NCBI GenBank assembly: GCA_023449275.1 | Contig: JAEXJM010000057.1 | Span: forward strand, 89-64,088 | Source: Pseudomonadota bacterium | GTDB taxonomy: Bacteria > Pseudomonadota > Gammaproteobacteria > Burkholderiales > Burkholderiaceae_D | Length of the DNA stretch: 64,000 bases | Reading direction: 5' to 3' | Shown: one piece after another, positions 46,703 to 57,391 of the stretch | Layout: each line of letters opens with the position of its first letter | How positions within the stretch are numbered: position 1 is the first letter of the stretch | Program-made: the position numbers and the translations under genes | The notes under the pieces: model-generated | Database searches by the model: none | What the model was told of the DNA's origin: nothing | What the model saw: the letters and a program-made list of their open reading frames with translations, nothing else

Positions 46703-48007
46703 TTAAAGTTTCTTCATCAATACCTGCGACTTGCGTTGCCAGTTATAAATCCTCTGTCGATCTTTCGGCAATTCATCCACACTGGCATATACGAAACCGC
46801 GCCGCAGGAACCAGTGCGCCGTTTGTGTCGTCAGGATGAAAAGCGTCTTGAATCCCTGGGCACGTGCACGGTTTTCCATATGATGAAGAATCCTTTCACC
46901 GTCCCCTTCATTCTGGACATCCGGATCGACGATCAGGCATGCCATTTCTGCCATCCTTTCAGCCGGAAAAGGATAAAGTGCCGCACACCCGAAAATGACG
47001 CCATCATGTTCGATAACCGAGAAATTCTCGATCTCGCGTTCCAGCAACTCACGCCCGCGTTTGACGAGCGTGCCGTTTGCCTCATAGGGTTCGATCAATT
47101 TTAAAATGGAGCCCACGTCCTTGATGGTCGCTTCGCGCAAACTTTCGACATTCTCATACGTGACCATCGTACCAATGCCATCGTGTGTAAACAGTTCCTG
47201 CAAAACGGCTCCGTTCATCGAATAAGGAACTATATGGGCACGTGGCGTCCCGCCGATACATGCCTTGGCCGAGTAACGCAGATAATCCGAGGCCTCAGGC
47301 GAAAGATGATTCGTTTTCAGTATCTCTTCCACCTGATGGGACGTCACTTCACGCACCTCATTGCCTTCAACATCTTTTATGATCGGTGTTTCCGTCATGA
47401 ATATCAGTTTGTGGGCATGGAGGGCCAATGCGGCCGATACGGCAACATCTTCCATGCGTACATTGAACGCTTCTCCTGTCGGTGAATAGCCCAAGGGCGA
47501 CAGCAGAATCAAATCGCCCTGAGCCAGAATCGGATGAATGCTGTCATAAGCGATCTTGCGTACTTTTCCTGTCCATTGGAGATCGATACCGTCCAGTATG
47601 CCCAGGGGGGTCGCTGTAACGAAATTGCCCGAAACGATCCGGATTTCCGCGTGGGCCATCGGTGTATTGGGCAAACCCTGACTGAAGGCTGCCTCAATGT
47701 CCAGTCTCAATTCACCGGCGGCTTCCTTGGCACATTCCAGCGCCTCGGGATCCGTGATACGGCTCCCTTTATAGTAATGGCTCTTCACATGCCGGAGTTC
47801 CAGCTGCTCCTCAACCTGTGGACGCGACCCGTGAACCAGGACGACCTTGATCCCCAACGCATGAAGAAGGGAAAGATCATGTGCCAGAACAGGCAGAGAT
47901 CCAGCCTTGACCAGTTCGCCCGGAAAGGCGACGACAAACGTCTGGCCCCGAAAAGCATGGATGTAAGGCGCGACAGAACGCAGCCATTCTACGAATTGTT
48001 CTTCCAT
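46703..48007 (-). CDS. argA: Amino-acid N-acetyltransferase (N-acetylglutamate synthase)
   Basis: [33 protein letters not shown]-terminal GNAT domain, YNWQRKS. Confidence 0.97.
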   Translation of the reverse strand: MEEQFVEWLRSVAPYIHAFRGQTFVVAFPGELVKAGSLPVLAHDLSLLHALGIKVVLVHGSRPQVEEQLELRHVKSHYYKGSRITDPEALECAKEAAGELRLDIEAAFSQGLPNTPMAHAEIRIVSGNFVTATPLGILDGIDLQWTGKVRKIAYDSIHPILAQGDLILLSPLGYSPTGEAFNVRMEDVAVSAALALHAHKLIFMTETPIIKDVEGNEVREVTSHQVEEILKTNHLSPEASDYLRYSAKACIGGTPRAHIVPYSMNGAVLQELFTHDGIGTMVTYENVESLREATIKDVGSILKLIEPYEANGTLVKRGRELLEREIENFSVIEHDGVIFGCAALYPFPAERMAEMACLIVDPDVQNEGDGERILHHMENRARAQGFKTLFILTTQTAHWFLRRGFVYASVDELPKDRQRIYNWQRKSQVLMKKL

Positions 48008-48110
48008 ATCGGAATCACCCAGAAATTATTGAATATCCCGCGAACAACGCTGACGGACGGTTTTCGTTACAACAGCCAATATGAGACATTAAAACATCTT
48101 TACGATTATA

Positions 48111-51100
48111 ATGCGCAGCGACATGAGTGCTTCTGAATCTTTATCCAAAAAACCACGTTTGACCGCGCAACCGCAACCGAAAAAGGCGGAAAAATTCCGC
48201 AATCCACTTCCTCCGGTCACTTATCCCGAAGAACTGCCCGTTTCTTCCAAACGTGACGAAATCGCCGAAGCGATAAAAAACCATCAGGTCATCGTTGTCT
48301 GTGGCGAAACCGGTTCCGGCAAAACGACACAGCTTCCCAAAATTTGCCTGGAACTGGGGCGTGGACAAACCGGACTGATCGGCCATACCCAGCCCCGCCG
48401 GATTGCGGCCAGTTCAACGGCAAACCGGATCGCACGAGAACTGAATTCTCCAATGGGCGAGATCGTCGGTTACAAGATCCGCTTTACGGACAAATTGCAG
48501 GCAGGCGCGTCCGTCAAACTGATGACGGATGGCATCCTTCTCGCTGAAACGCAAAACGACCGTCTGCTCAAACAGTATGATACGATCATTATCGACGAAG
48601 CCCATGAACGCAGCCTGAATATCGATTTCCTGCTCGGTTACCTGAAACAGCTTCTGCCAAAAAGGCCAGACCTGAAAATCATCATCACCTCCGCCACGAT
48701 CGATGCGGAACGTTTCGCGAAACATTTTTCGAACGGAGGAAAAACCGTTCCCGTCATCGAAGTATCCGGGCGACTTTATCCTGTCGAGATCCGCTATCGT
48801 CCCGTCATCGACGATGGCCCTGCGGAAATACCTGAAAAAAACCGAAACGATCCCCGCCAGAACCGTGACCTGATGGATGCGATTGTCGATGCCATCGACG
48901 AACTTTTCAGAACAGGATCGGGAGACACGCTCGTTTTCCTGCCGGGTGAACGGGAAATCCGCGATGCGGCGGAAACCCTGCGAAAGCAGCATCCACCTCA
49001 TGTGCAAATCCTGCCTTTATACGCCCGCCTGTCCGCACAGGAACAGGAACGGATTTTCAAACCGGGTAACGACCGACGGATCATTCTGGCGACGAATGTG
49101 GCGGAAACATCCCTGACAGTTCCGGGTATCCGCTTCGTCATCGATACCGGACTTGCACGCGTCAAGCGATACAGTTACCGTAACAAGGTCGAACAACTGC
49201 ATATCGAGCCCATTTCACAGGCAGCCGCCAACCAGCGTGCAGGCCGTTGCGGTCGTGTAGCGTCCGGCATTTGCATCCGGCTTTACGATGAGCAGGATTT
49301 TTTGCAGAGGCAGCCTTATACCACGCCTGAAATCCTGCGCTCCTCGCTCGCTTCCGTCATCCTCCGGATGAAATCGCTTCGGCTGGGTGATATCGAAACT
49401 TTTCCTTTTCTGGAACCCCCGTTAAAACGGGCGATTGCGGATGGATACCAGCTCTTGCAGGAACTGGGCGCACTGGACGAAATGAACCGGATGACACCGG
49501 TCGGACGCGAGCTGGCCCAATTGCCGCTTGACCCCCGTATCGGCAGAATGATTCTGGCAGCGCGTGACCATCAATGCCTGAAAGAAACGCTCATCATTTC
49601 CGCTGCCCTGTCCATTCAGGACCCGCGGGACAGACCGATCGAGGCGCAGGAAGCTGCCGACAACGCCCACAGGAAATTCAATGACAACCGTTCCGAGTTC
49701 CTGAGCTATCTCAGAATCTGGAAATGGTTTGAGGATGCCGTCGAAAACAAGAAATCGAACCGTCTGTTAAACGAGAACTGCCGCGCCAACTTCCTGTCCC
49801 ATTTGCGTTTGCGGGAGTGGAGGGACATTCATTCACAGCTTTCGACTATCGTTCGTGAACGCGGCTGGCGACTGAATGAAGCGGATGCTACTTATGAACA
49901 GCTGCATCTGGCCCTGTTGACCGGTCTTCTGGGCAATATCGGCTGCAAATCCGAAGATCCATCCATATTCCTTGGCGCACGAGGCATCCGCTTCCAGATC
50001 TGGCCCGGTTCAACGCTGGCCCGCAAAAATGGCCGATGGATCATGGCAGCAGAACTGGTCGATACCAGCCGCCTGTATGCCCGCTGTATTGCCCTGATCC
50101 AGCCTGAATGGCTTGAAAAAGTCGGCGCTCATTTGCTGAAAAAATCCTGGGGTGACCCACACTGGGAAAAGAAACCGGCACAGGTCACAGCCTTTGAAAG
50201 GGCAACCCTGTACGGACTCGTCGTCTACAGCCATCGCCGCATTCATTATGGACATATCCATCCGAAAGAGGCACGCGAGATTTTCATCAGGGATGCACTG
50301 GTCAACGGTGATTTTGAGAGCAAGGCGCCTTTCTTCCTGCATAACCAGAAACTGATACGTGAAATCGAAAATCTTGAACACAAGTCCAGAAGAACGGATG
50401 TACTGGTCGATGAGAGCCTGATTGCCGCTTTTTACGACAAGCATATTCCGGAAACGGTTTTCAACGGTTTTTCGTTCGACAAATGGTACAGGGATGCCTC
50501 CCGGGACAATCCGAAACTGCTGTTTCTCGACCGTGACGACCTGATGCGCCATGAAGCTGCCGGGATCACGACTGAACTGTTTCCGAAAACGCTTAGTCAT
50601 TCGGGTATCGACATGTCCCTGACTTATCATTTCGAGCCCGGCAGTGTACGTGATGGCGTCACGCTGACCAGTCCTATCTACGTGCTGAACCAGCTGGACC
50701 CGGAACGTTGTGAATGGCTGGTATTGGGCATGCTGAAGGAAAAAACGCATTTGCTGATCAAGTCACTTCCGCAACGGATTCGCAGAAACTGTGTTCCATT
50801 GCCGGATTATGCCGCAGGGTTCGTCGATCGTATTGGCAGGAACAAAGCTTTCGGTGCCGGCTCACTGATTGACGCGATCATCACGGATATCCGTTCTGAA
50901 ACGAACGCGGTCGCCAAAACGGATGATTTCAGGCTGGAAACATTGCCAGCCCATCTCTTCATGAATTTCAGGGTAGTTGACGAACATGGAAGAATGCTCG
51001 ACATGTCCCGTAACCTGTCAGCCCTTCAGGCGGAATTCAGCCATGAAGCGCGTTCATCCTTCCAGCAACTGGCAGAAAAACAGGTACACAGGATTTCCGA

Positions 51101-52022
51101 AAAGGATTCTTCCGGCAAGCCTTCTCCGGCTACATCCTCCCGTCCGGAAAAAGCAGCCGGACTGCCGGAGAAGATCACGACATGGGATTTCGAACCCTTG
51201 CCCGAACTGCTTGAAATCAGCCGGGGTAAACAAACGCTCTTCGGCTACCCTGCTCTGGTCGATAAGGTCACCCATTGTGAAATCGAGGTTTTCGATGAAC
51301 CTGCCCTGGCAAAACAGATGCACCATACGGGACTACGCCGACTGTTCGCCCTGCAACTGAAAGAACAGCTCAAGTTCCTGTCCAAAAACATCAGCGGGCT
51401 GACACAGATGGGCATGCAATTCATCAAGCTGGGTTCTCAGGAAGAATTGAGAGACCAGCTTCTTCAGGCTGCCATCGACGCGACATTCATGACGTCTCCC
51501 CTGCCGGACAAGGAAGCCGAATTCGAAAAACGGAAAAATGAAGGCAAGGCCCGTCTTGGACTGATTGCCAATGAAATCGCGAGACTGGCCGCCCAGATTC
51601 TGTCCGAATACCAGAATCTCCAGAAAAAACTGCCGACGATCAAGGCACATGAGAAAGCGCTGGAAGATATCAACCAGCAGGTCAGCCAGCTGGTCACCAA
51701 ACGTTTTATCGTTGAAAACGATCTGGAAAGGCTGAAACACTTCCCACGTTATCTCAAAGCATGCAGTACCCGTATCGACAAGTGCAGAAACGATCCGCAA
51801 AAAGACAGGGCTCTGATGGAGAACTGGCAACAGGTTGCCATGCCGTACATCCGTGCGATCAGGGATTCCAGACAGGCCAAAATCCGGCCTGACCCGAAAA
51901 TGATGGAATACCGCTGGCTTCTGGAAGAGCTGAGAGTATCCCTCTTCGCGCAGGAATTGCGCACGCCATTCCCTGTTTCGGTCAAGCGCTTGCAAAAAGT
52001 CTGGGACACCCTTCAACGATAG
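48111..52022 (+). CDS. hrpA: ATP-dependent RNA helicase HrpA (DEAH)
   Basis: GETGSGKTTQLPK, IDEAHERS, SAT, QRAGRCGR, C-terminal WLLEELRVSLFAQEL. Confidence 0.97.
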   Translation: MRSDMSASESLSKKPRLTAQPQPKKAEKFRNPLPPVTYPEELPVSSKRDEIAEAIKNHQVIVVCGETGSGKTTQLPKICLELGRGQTGLIGHTQPRRIAASSTANRIARELNSPMGEIVGYKIRFTDKLQAGASVKLMTDGILLAETQNDRLLKQYDTIIIDEAHERSLNIDFLLGYLKQLLPKRPDLKIIITSATIDAERFAKHFSNGGKTVPVIEVSGRLYPVEIRYRPVIDDGPAEIPEKNRNDPRQNRDLMDAIVDAIDELFRTGSGDTLVFLPGEREIRDAAETLRKQHPPHVQILPLYARLSAQEQERIFKPGNDRRIILATNVAETSLTVPGIRFVIDTGLARVKRYSYRNKVEQLHIEPISQAAANQRAGRCGRVASGICIRLYDEQDFLQRQPYTTPEILRSSLASVILRMKSLRLGDIETFPFLEPPLKRAIADGYQLLQELGALDEMNRMTPVGRELAQLPLDPRIGRMILAARDHQCLKETLIISAALSIQDPRDRPIEAQEAADNAHRKFNDNRSEFLSYLRIWKWFEDAVENKKSNRLLNENCRANFLSHLRLREWRDIHSQLSTIVRERGWRLNEADATYEQLHLALLTGLLGNIGCKSEDPSIFLGARGIRFQIWPGSTLARKNGRWIMAAELVDTSRLYARCIALIQPEWLEKVGAHLLKKSWGDPHWEKKPAQVTAFERATLYGLVVYSHRRIHYGHIHPKEAREIFIRDALVNGDFESKAPFFLHNQKLIREIENLEHKSRRTDVLVDESLIAAFYDKHIPETVFNGFSFDKWYRDASRDNPKLLFLDRDDLMRHEAAGITTELFPKTLSHSGIDMSLTYHFEPGSVRDGVTLTSPIYVLNQLDPERCEWLVLGMLKEKTHLLIKSLPQRIRRNCVPLPDYAAGFVDRIGRNKAFGAGSLIDAIITDIRSETNAVAKTDDFRLETLPAHLFMNFRVVDEHGRMLDMSRNLSALQAEFSHEARSSFQQLAEKQVHRISEKDSSGKPSPATSSRPEKAAGLPEKITTWDFEPLPELLEISRGKQTLFGYPALVDKVTHCEIEVFDEPALAKQMHHTGLRRLFALQLKEQLKFLSKNISGLTQMGMQFIKLGSQEELRDQLLQAAIDATFMTSPLPDKEAEFEKRKNEGKARLGLIANEIARLAAQILSEYQNLQKKLPTIKAHEKALEDINQQVSQLVTKRFIVENDLERLKHFPRYLKACSTRIDKCRNDPQKDRALMENWQQVAMPYIRAIRDSRQAKIRPDPKMMEYRWLLEELRVSLFAQELRTPFPVSVKRLQKVWDTLQR

Positions 52023-52031
52023 AAGAACGGC

Positions 52032-52973
52032 TTACAGCTCGTAATCCGAACCTTCACCCGCCAGCGCCTTTTCTACCAGTTTGCGGTTCAGACTGGGGGA
52101 AATCATTTCGATGAAAGCGTAGATATAACTGCGCAGGTAGGCGTTTTTCCGGATCAGGATGCTGGAACGCCCGGTACCGAATAAATGGCCTACCGGTATC
52201 GATCGCAGATTTTTGTCACGCTCGGCATCAAATGCTGTTCCGACAATAATACCGACACCGAGACCGAGTTCGACATACGTCTTGATAACGTCGGCATCGA
52301 TCACTTCGAGCAGAATGTCTGCCTTGACGTTCCGCTGTTCGAAAACGCTTTCAATCCGGTCCCTGCCATGAAAAACCTTGTCATACGTAATAAGTGGATA
52401 CTTGGCGATTTCATCCAGAGTCAGCATCTTGGAATCATTCAATGGATGATCCGGCTTGACTACGAGATGATATTCCCATTGATGGCATGGCAAAGTCACC
52501 AGTCCCTCGATTTCAGGAACATTGGCCGTCACGACAGCGAGATTCGCCTGATCCAGCAAGACCATCTCGGCGATGTCTTCCACTTTCCGTTGCAAAAGCG
52601 ACAGGCGGACCTTGGGATATTTCTGCATAAACGCCGGAATGATCTTGGGCAGGAAATAACGCGCTTGCGTATGGGAAGCAGCAATAGTCAGACTGCCGGC
52701 ATCCTGTGCTGCATATTCTTTGCCGATCCGTTTCAGATCGTCGATTTCCTGCATGATCAGTTCGATCGAATTCAGGATCATTCTGCCGGGTTCGGTCAAA
52801 CCGCGAATTCGTTTTCCATGACGACGAAAAATATCCACACCCAGTTCGTCCTCAAGTTCGATAATGGCCTTGGAGACACCGGGTTGCGAAGTAAACAGTG
52901 CTTTTGCGGCATCAGTCAGATTGAAATTCTGCCTGACCGCCTCCCGCACAAAACGTAATTGGTGCAAATTCAT
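52032..52973 (-). CDS. cysB: CysB/Cbl-family LysR transcriptional regulator
   Basis: MNLHQLRFVREAVRQNFNLT..LFTSQPGVSK, HTQARY, DADVIKTYVELGLGVGI. Confidence 0.9.
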   Translation of the reverse strand: MNLHQLRFVREAVRQNFNLTDAAKALFTSQPGVSKAIIELEDELGVDIFRRHGKRIRGLTEPGRMILNSIELIMQEIDDLKRIGKEYAAQDAGSLTIAASHTQARYFLPKIIPAFMQKYPKVRLSLLQRKVEDIAEMVLLDQANLAVVTANVPEIEGLVTLPCHQWEYHLVVKPDHPLNDSKMLTLDEIAKYPLITYDKVFHGRDRIESVFEQRNVKADILLEVIDADVIKTYVELGLGVGIIVGTAFDAERDKNLRSIPVGHLFGTGRSSILIRKNAYLRSYIYAFIEMISPSLNRKLVEKALAGEGSDYEL

Positions 52974-53074
52974 TCTATTTCTCGTTATATATCAGTCGCG
53001 TCTGGGATCGCGTCAATTTTTACCATCGGTGAATTTTAAATCATTCCCGTAAACTTAGTGTTTCACCGGAAAAA

Positions 53075-54223
53075 CTAATGCCTTTCAACCCACCAGAGTG
53101 CGATAACGGCCGATAACAGGAATAATGCGCTGGGAATAATAGCCGTCAGAAATGCCGGCCATGTATTCAGTAAGCCGACGTGGGAAAACAAATTGTTGAT
53201 CAGGATAAAAGCCACGCCGATCATGATACCTGAAAAAATCTTCAGGCTGACACCACCCGACCGGAAATGCAAATAGGCAAAAGGTAACGCCAATGCCATC
53301 ATAACAAACACGGAAAACGGATAGATGATTTTTTTCCAGAATGCCATCTGATAGCTGGTTGCATCCTGCTTGTTCTCGACAAGATGCTGATTGTAAACAG
53401 CCAGCTCGTATGCGGACATCTTGTTGGCATCGACAGAAATAACCGACAGAATATCCGGTGTGATATCCGACGTCATCGTGACCGAATCGAATTTTTTGGT
53501 TTTCAGGCTCGGCGCGGAATCCGGAAACCTTTTGCCCTTTTCTCTTTCTGGCGTTTCAAGATGGGACTCGACAACCCGATTCAGTTGCCACTGATGATTG
53601 CCAAGGTAGGAAGCGTTCTCTGCCGAAACAGTTTTTACCAGTTCAAGACGGTCATTGAATTCATACAAACGAATATTCTCAAGCGTTCCATCCGGTCGCA
53701 TTGTCTTCACGTTCATGAAACGTGAACCGATAACCTGCCCGTCAAGCCCGTTTTTCCGGATCGTGTCCTTGCTCCACATCCCTGTCTTGAACACGTCTGA
53801 AGCAGTTCTGCCAAGCATGGCATTTCTGAAATCGTTTGCCACTCTGGCCGTAATCGGCGTGATCACTTCGCCGACGACAAACGTGAAAACCAGAAAAATC
53901 AACCCTATCTTCGCCAGTATGCCGCACGCATCACGCGTGGACAGCGAAGATACCCGCATAATGGTGAATTCTGAATTGGATGCGAACATCGCCATCGCGT
54001 AAATCGTTCCGATCAATACGGCAAAAGGCATCAGCTCATATATATAGCCCGGAAAACCAAGAAGAATATAAATGAAAACATGCTGAAGCTGATAGCCTCC
54101 CCTGCCGACAGAGGACAATTCACTGATCAGGTCAAAAAAAGCAAACAGTCCCAGAAACGCAACCAGAACGAATACAACCGATTTCAGGATTTGTGAAAAG
54201 AAATAGCGCTGCAGGATTTTCAT
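53075..54223 (-). CDS. lptG: LPS export ABC transporter permease LptG
   Basis: MKILQRY, SEFTIMRVS, YQMAFWKK; ATGA overlap with lptF. Confidence 0.95.
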   Translation of the reverse strand: MKILQRYFFSQILKSVVFVLVAFLGLFAFFDLISELSSVGRGGYQLQHVFIYILLGFPGYIYELMPFAVLIGTIYAMAMFASNSEFTIMRVSSLSTRDACGILAKIGLIFLVFTFVVGEVITPITARVANDFRNAMLGRTASDVFKTGMWSKDTIRKNGLDGQVIGSRFMNVKTMRPDGTLENIRLYEFNDRLELVKTVSAENASYLGNHQWQLNRVVESHLETPEREKGKRFPDSAPSLKTKKFDSVTMTSDITPDILSVISVDANKMSAYELAVYNQHLVENKQDATSYQMAFWKKIIYPFSVFVMMALALPFAYLHFRSGGVSLKIFSGIMIGVAFILINNLFSHVGLLNTWPAFLTAIIPSALFLLSAVIALWWVERH

Positions 54224-55353
54224 TTTTCGTTTCCTTTTTCCTGCCAACGTTTACGCTTGATTGCCGACCAGAGCATATAGGGATGATATCTGCTGTTGAC
54301 CCCGAGACGCCAGGTGAACAGAAAAACGATAACAAGTGCCACCATCAGATGCAAAGGCCACCACGCCAATCCGAAGGATAATTTTTTCTGGGCGACATAA
54401 GCCTGCATGAAACTCGAGAAATTGCTGTAAGTCATGTAAAGCAGAACGGCGATGATCAGATTGAAAGACCGTCCGGCACGTGGATTGACGAATCCAAGCG
54501 GAATAGCCAGAAGCATCAGCAAAGTCGCCATAATCGGCAAACCGATCCGCCACAGAAGCTCCCCCAGGTTCTGGCTTGTGGGCGCCTGCAATAATTCCAT
54601 CGTCGTCATTGATCTTGACGACACCCTCGTGGAAGTAAAGTCACTCCTGGCTGCGATGTACGCCGTATATTTGTCGAAATCCATTATCCTGAAGCCCGAC
54701 TGGTCCGGCGTTTCCTCATATCTGACGCCTTCGTCGAGCACGATGAATTTCTCGCCTTTTTCATTCGTTTCAACGGTACCTTCTTTTGATACGACTGTCG
54801 TGATATTGCCGTTTCTGGTCGAGTTGATGAATACGTTTTTGACCTTGTTCAGGTCATCCGACATTTTCTCTACAAAAAACACGCGCTGGGCAGCAGCGGA
54901 TTCCTGGAATTTGCCCGGAGAAATACGGGCGATGTCTTCCCGTTTTTCAAAACGCTCACGAAATTCAGCACTCTGGCGATAAGCCCAGGGAGTGGCAAAA
55001 AAACCCAGAAGCGTCACCAATACAACGATAGGTATGGCAAACTCAATGACCGGACGCAACCATCTTGTCAGACTCAGTCCGGATGCGAACCACACGACCA
55101 TTTCCGAATCCTGATAACTCCGGGTCACAACCAGCAAAACCGAGACAAAACCGGTCAATATGAGTATGATCGGCATGTAATTCAACGATGTGAAACCCAA
55201 CAGCGCAAGGACGTCGTCCGATGCAACTCTTCCCTTGGCTGCCTGTCCCAGTATACGAATCAGCATCATCGTAATGGTAATCGTGAACAAGGTCATAAAT
55301 ACGCCGGCGGCTGTACTGAACAGTTCACGTTTTAGCGCTCGTTGAAAGATCAT
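54220..55353 (-). CDS. lptF: LPS export ABC transporter permease LptF
   Basis: MIFQRALKRE, SYQDSEMVVWFASG, PGKFQES, ELLWRIGLP, NPRAGRS; divergent from pepA. Confidence 0.95.
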   Translation of the reverse strand: MIFQRALKRELFSTAAGVFMTLFTITITMMLIRILGQAAKGRVASDDVLALLGFTSLNYMPIILILTGFVSVLLVVTRSYQDSEMVVWFASGLSLTRWLRPVIEFAIPIVVLVTLLGFFATPWAYRQSAEFRERFEKREDIARISPGKFQESAAAQRVFFVEKMSDDLNKVKNVFINSTRNGNITTVVSKEGTVETNEKGEKFIVLDEGVRYEETPDQSGFRIMDFDKYTAYIAARSDFTSTRVSSRSMTTMELLQAPTSQNLGELLWRIGLPIMATLLMLLAIPLGFVNPRAGRSFNLIIAVLLYMTYSNFSSFMQAYVAQKKLSFGLAWWPLHLMVALVIVFLFTWRLGVNSRYHPYMLWSAIKRKRWQEKGNEK

Positions 55354-55385
55354 GAGAAGTTAAATGATACGTGGAGGATCAAACA

Positions 55386-56891
55386 ATGGACTTTAGCATA
55401 AAATCGGCAGACTCAAAAAACTCTCTGAACACAATTAAAACCGACTGTATCGTTGTTGGCGTTTATGAAAACAATAAACTGACCCCGGAAGCAACCGAAC
55501 TCGATAAGCAGAAAACCATCAGCAACGCCCTCAAAAACGGAGACATTGATGGACAGCCTGGTTCTTCCCTGCTACTCCCGACACCCGCTGGAACCGCCGC
55601 CCAAAGAGTACTTCTGATCGGCCTGGGAAAAAATACCGAAATCAGTGAAAAAGACTTCCGCCAATCCATCACTGCCGTGATCAAGAGCATTTCCCGGACA
55701 TCCATCGCCCACCTGTTAATCGCCCTGCCATTCAACAGTATCGCCGGCAGGGACATGTCATGGTCCATCTATTGCATTTTGTCCGAATTTCATACATCCC
55801 TTTATCACAGCGATGCGATGAAAAGTCAAAAAGCACCGTCTCCGAAAATCCGGAAAGCAGCATTCTACATTCCTTCGGCTGACGTGACCAATGCCAAAAA
55901 AACCCTTGAACGAACCGGAGCGATCACGGAGGGCATGAAACTCACGCAAGACCTCGGCAATTTGCCCGCCAATATCTGCACACCGACCTATCTTGCGAAA
56001 CAAGCGAAAAATCTCGCCAAACAATACAAATTCGATATCGAAATACTCGACAGAAAACAGATCGAGGCCTTGAAGATGGGCAGTTTTCTTTCCGTTGCCA
56101 AAGGCAGCGATGAACCGCCCAAGTTCATTGTACTCAAACATATGAACGGCAAATCGAAAGAAGCACCTGTCGTTCTGGTCGGTAAAGGCATCACTTTCGA
56201 TTCAGGGGGCATTTCATTGAAACCGGGCGCCGCGATGGACGAAATGAAATACGATATGTGCGGAGCCGCGTCGGTTTTGGGTACGTTCAAGGCCATCGGC
56301 AAGCTGAATCTGAAACAAAACATCATCGGCATTATCCCTGCCTGCGAAAACATGCCGTCGGGCCGAGCCAACAAACCCGGCGATATCGTGACATCCATGT
56401 CGGGCCAAACCATCGAAATTCTGAACACCGATGCCGAAGGCCGCCTGATACTGTGTGACGCATTGACTTTCGCCGAAAGATTCCACCCTGAAACCGTGAT
56501 CGATATCGCAACGCTGACCGGCTCATGTATCGTGGCACTCGGCCACTACAACAGCGGTCTTTTCACCCGTCTGGATGAAGCACATGACAAACTCGCCGAG
56601 GAACTCATTGACGCATCCAAAAGCAGCAACGACCCTGTCTGGCGCATGCCCATCGAAGATGCGTACCAGGAACAATTGAAATCGAACTTCGCCGATATGG
56701 CCAACATCGGCGGGCAGCCGGCAGGATGCGTCACGGCAGCCTGTTTCCTGGAACGATTCACGAGGAAATACACCTGGGCCCATCTGGATATTGCCGGAAC
56801 GGCATGGAAAAGCGGCGCCGCCAAAGGCGCGACAGGACGTCCTGTTCCATTATTGTGCACCTGGCTGATCAACCGTGAAAACCGCAATTGA
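55386..56891 (+). CDS. pepA: Cytosol leucyl aminopeptidase (M17)
   Basis: [47 protein letters not shown]. Confidence 0.97.
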   Translation: MDFSIKSADSKNSLNTIKTDCIVVGVYENNKLTPEATELDKQKTISNALKNGDIDGQPGSSLLLPTPAGTAAQRVLLIGLGKNTEISEKDFRQSITAVIKSISRTSIAHLLIALPFNSIAGRDMSWSIYCILSEFHTSLYHSDAMKSQKAPSPKIRKAAFYIPSADVTNAKKTLERTGAITEGMKLTQDLGNLPANICTPTYLAKQAKNLAKQYKFDIEILDRKQIEALKMGSFLSVAKGSDEPPKFIVLKHMNGKSKEAPVVLVGKGITFDSGGISLKPGAAMDEMKYDMCGAASVLGTFKAIGKLNLKQNIIGIIPACENMPSGRANKPGDIVTSMSGQTIEILNTDAEGRLILCDALTFAERFHPETVIDIATLTGSCIVALGHYNSGLFTRLDEAHDKLAEELIDASKSSNDPVWRMPIEDAYQEQLKSNFADMANIGGQPAGCVTAACFLERFTRKYTWAHLDIAGTAWKSGAAKGATGRPVPLLCTWLINRENRN

Positions 56892-56904
56892 CGACATAAA
56901 AAAT

Positions 56905-56934
56905 ACGGCTTCAGTGGGCATCTGAAGCCGTTTT
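56905..56934 (+). terminator. Terminator after pepA
   Basis: ACGGCTTCAG-TGGGCAT-CTGAAGCCGT-TTT. Confidence 0.75.
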
Positions 56935-57006
56935 CGATTATTAAACAAATCCTGCAATTAATGGACAGATAACCCATCCGGATTGATAAACTTCTGATGA
57001 GAAATA

Positions 57007-57276
57007 TTATTCTTCCATCGTGGTTTCAGTTACAGTTTTTGTTTTTTTGACAGTTGCTTTCTTTTTTCCCTGTTTGGCTTTCGTGCTTTTCTGCTGGACG
57101 GGTGCCTTGGAAGCGCGCATTTCAATATCCTGAGCCTGTTTCAACACAGCCTGAGCCGCAGCGGGGTCAGTCGTTTCGACAATTTCAGAAGGAGGATAAT
57201 AAGTTGCTGCAAACGCCACACCGACAAATGCCGATAACATTACAAACAAGATCGATTGAGATAATTTCTTCATCAT
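57007..57276 (-). CDS. Small secreted hypothetical protein with Lys-rich C-terminus
   Basis: Signal peptide MKKLSQSILFVMLSAFVGVAFA; SD GGAG; tail KSTKAKQGKKKATVKKTK. Confidence 0.7.
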   Translation of the reverse strand: MMKKLSQSILFVMLSAFVGVAFAATYYPPSEIVETTDPAAAQAVLKQAQDIEMRASKAPVQQKSTKAKQGKKKATVKKTKTVTETTMEE

Positions 57277-57322
57277 GAGCTCCAAAAAGATTGATACACA
57301 TTATTTGTGCCTTGCTGACACA

Positions 57323-57349
57323 ATAGAGTCAGAATAAGAAAACAAGCTC
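57323..57349 (-). promoter_or_regulatory. Candidate sigmaE/AlgU-type promoter
   Basis: Minus strand GAGCTT-N16-TCTAT, about 45 nt upstream of the 57276 start. Confidence 0.45.
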
Positions 57350-57391
57350 TGGGCAATCTTGATTCTACGCAAGAAAATCGCAACATCATGA

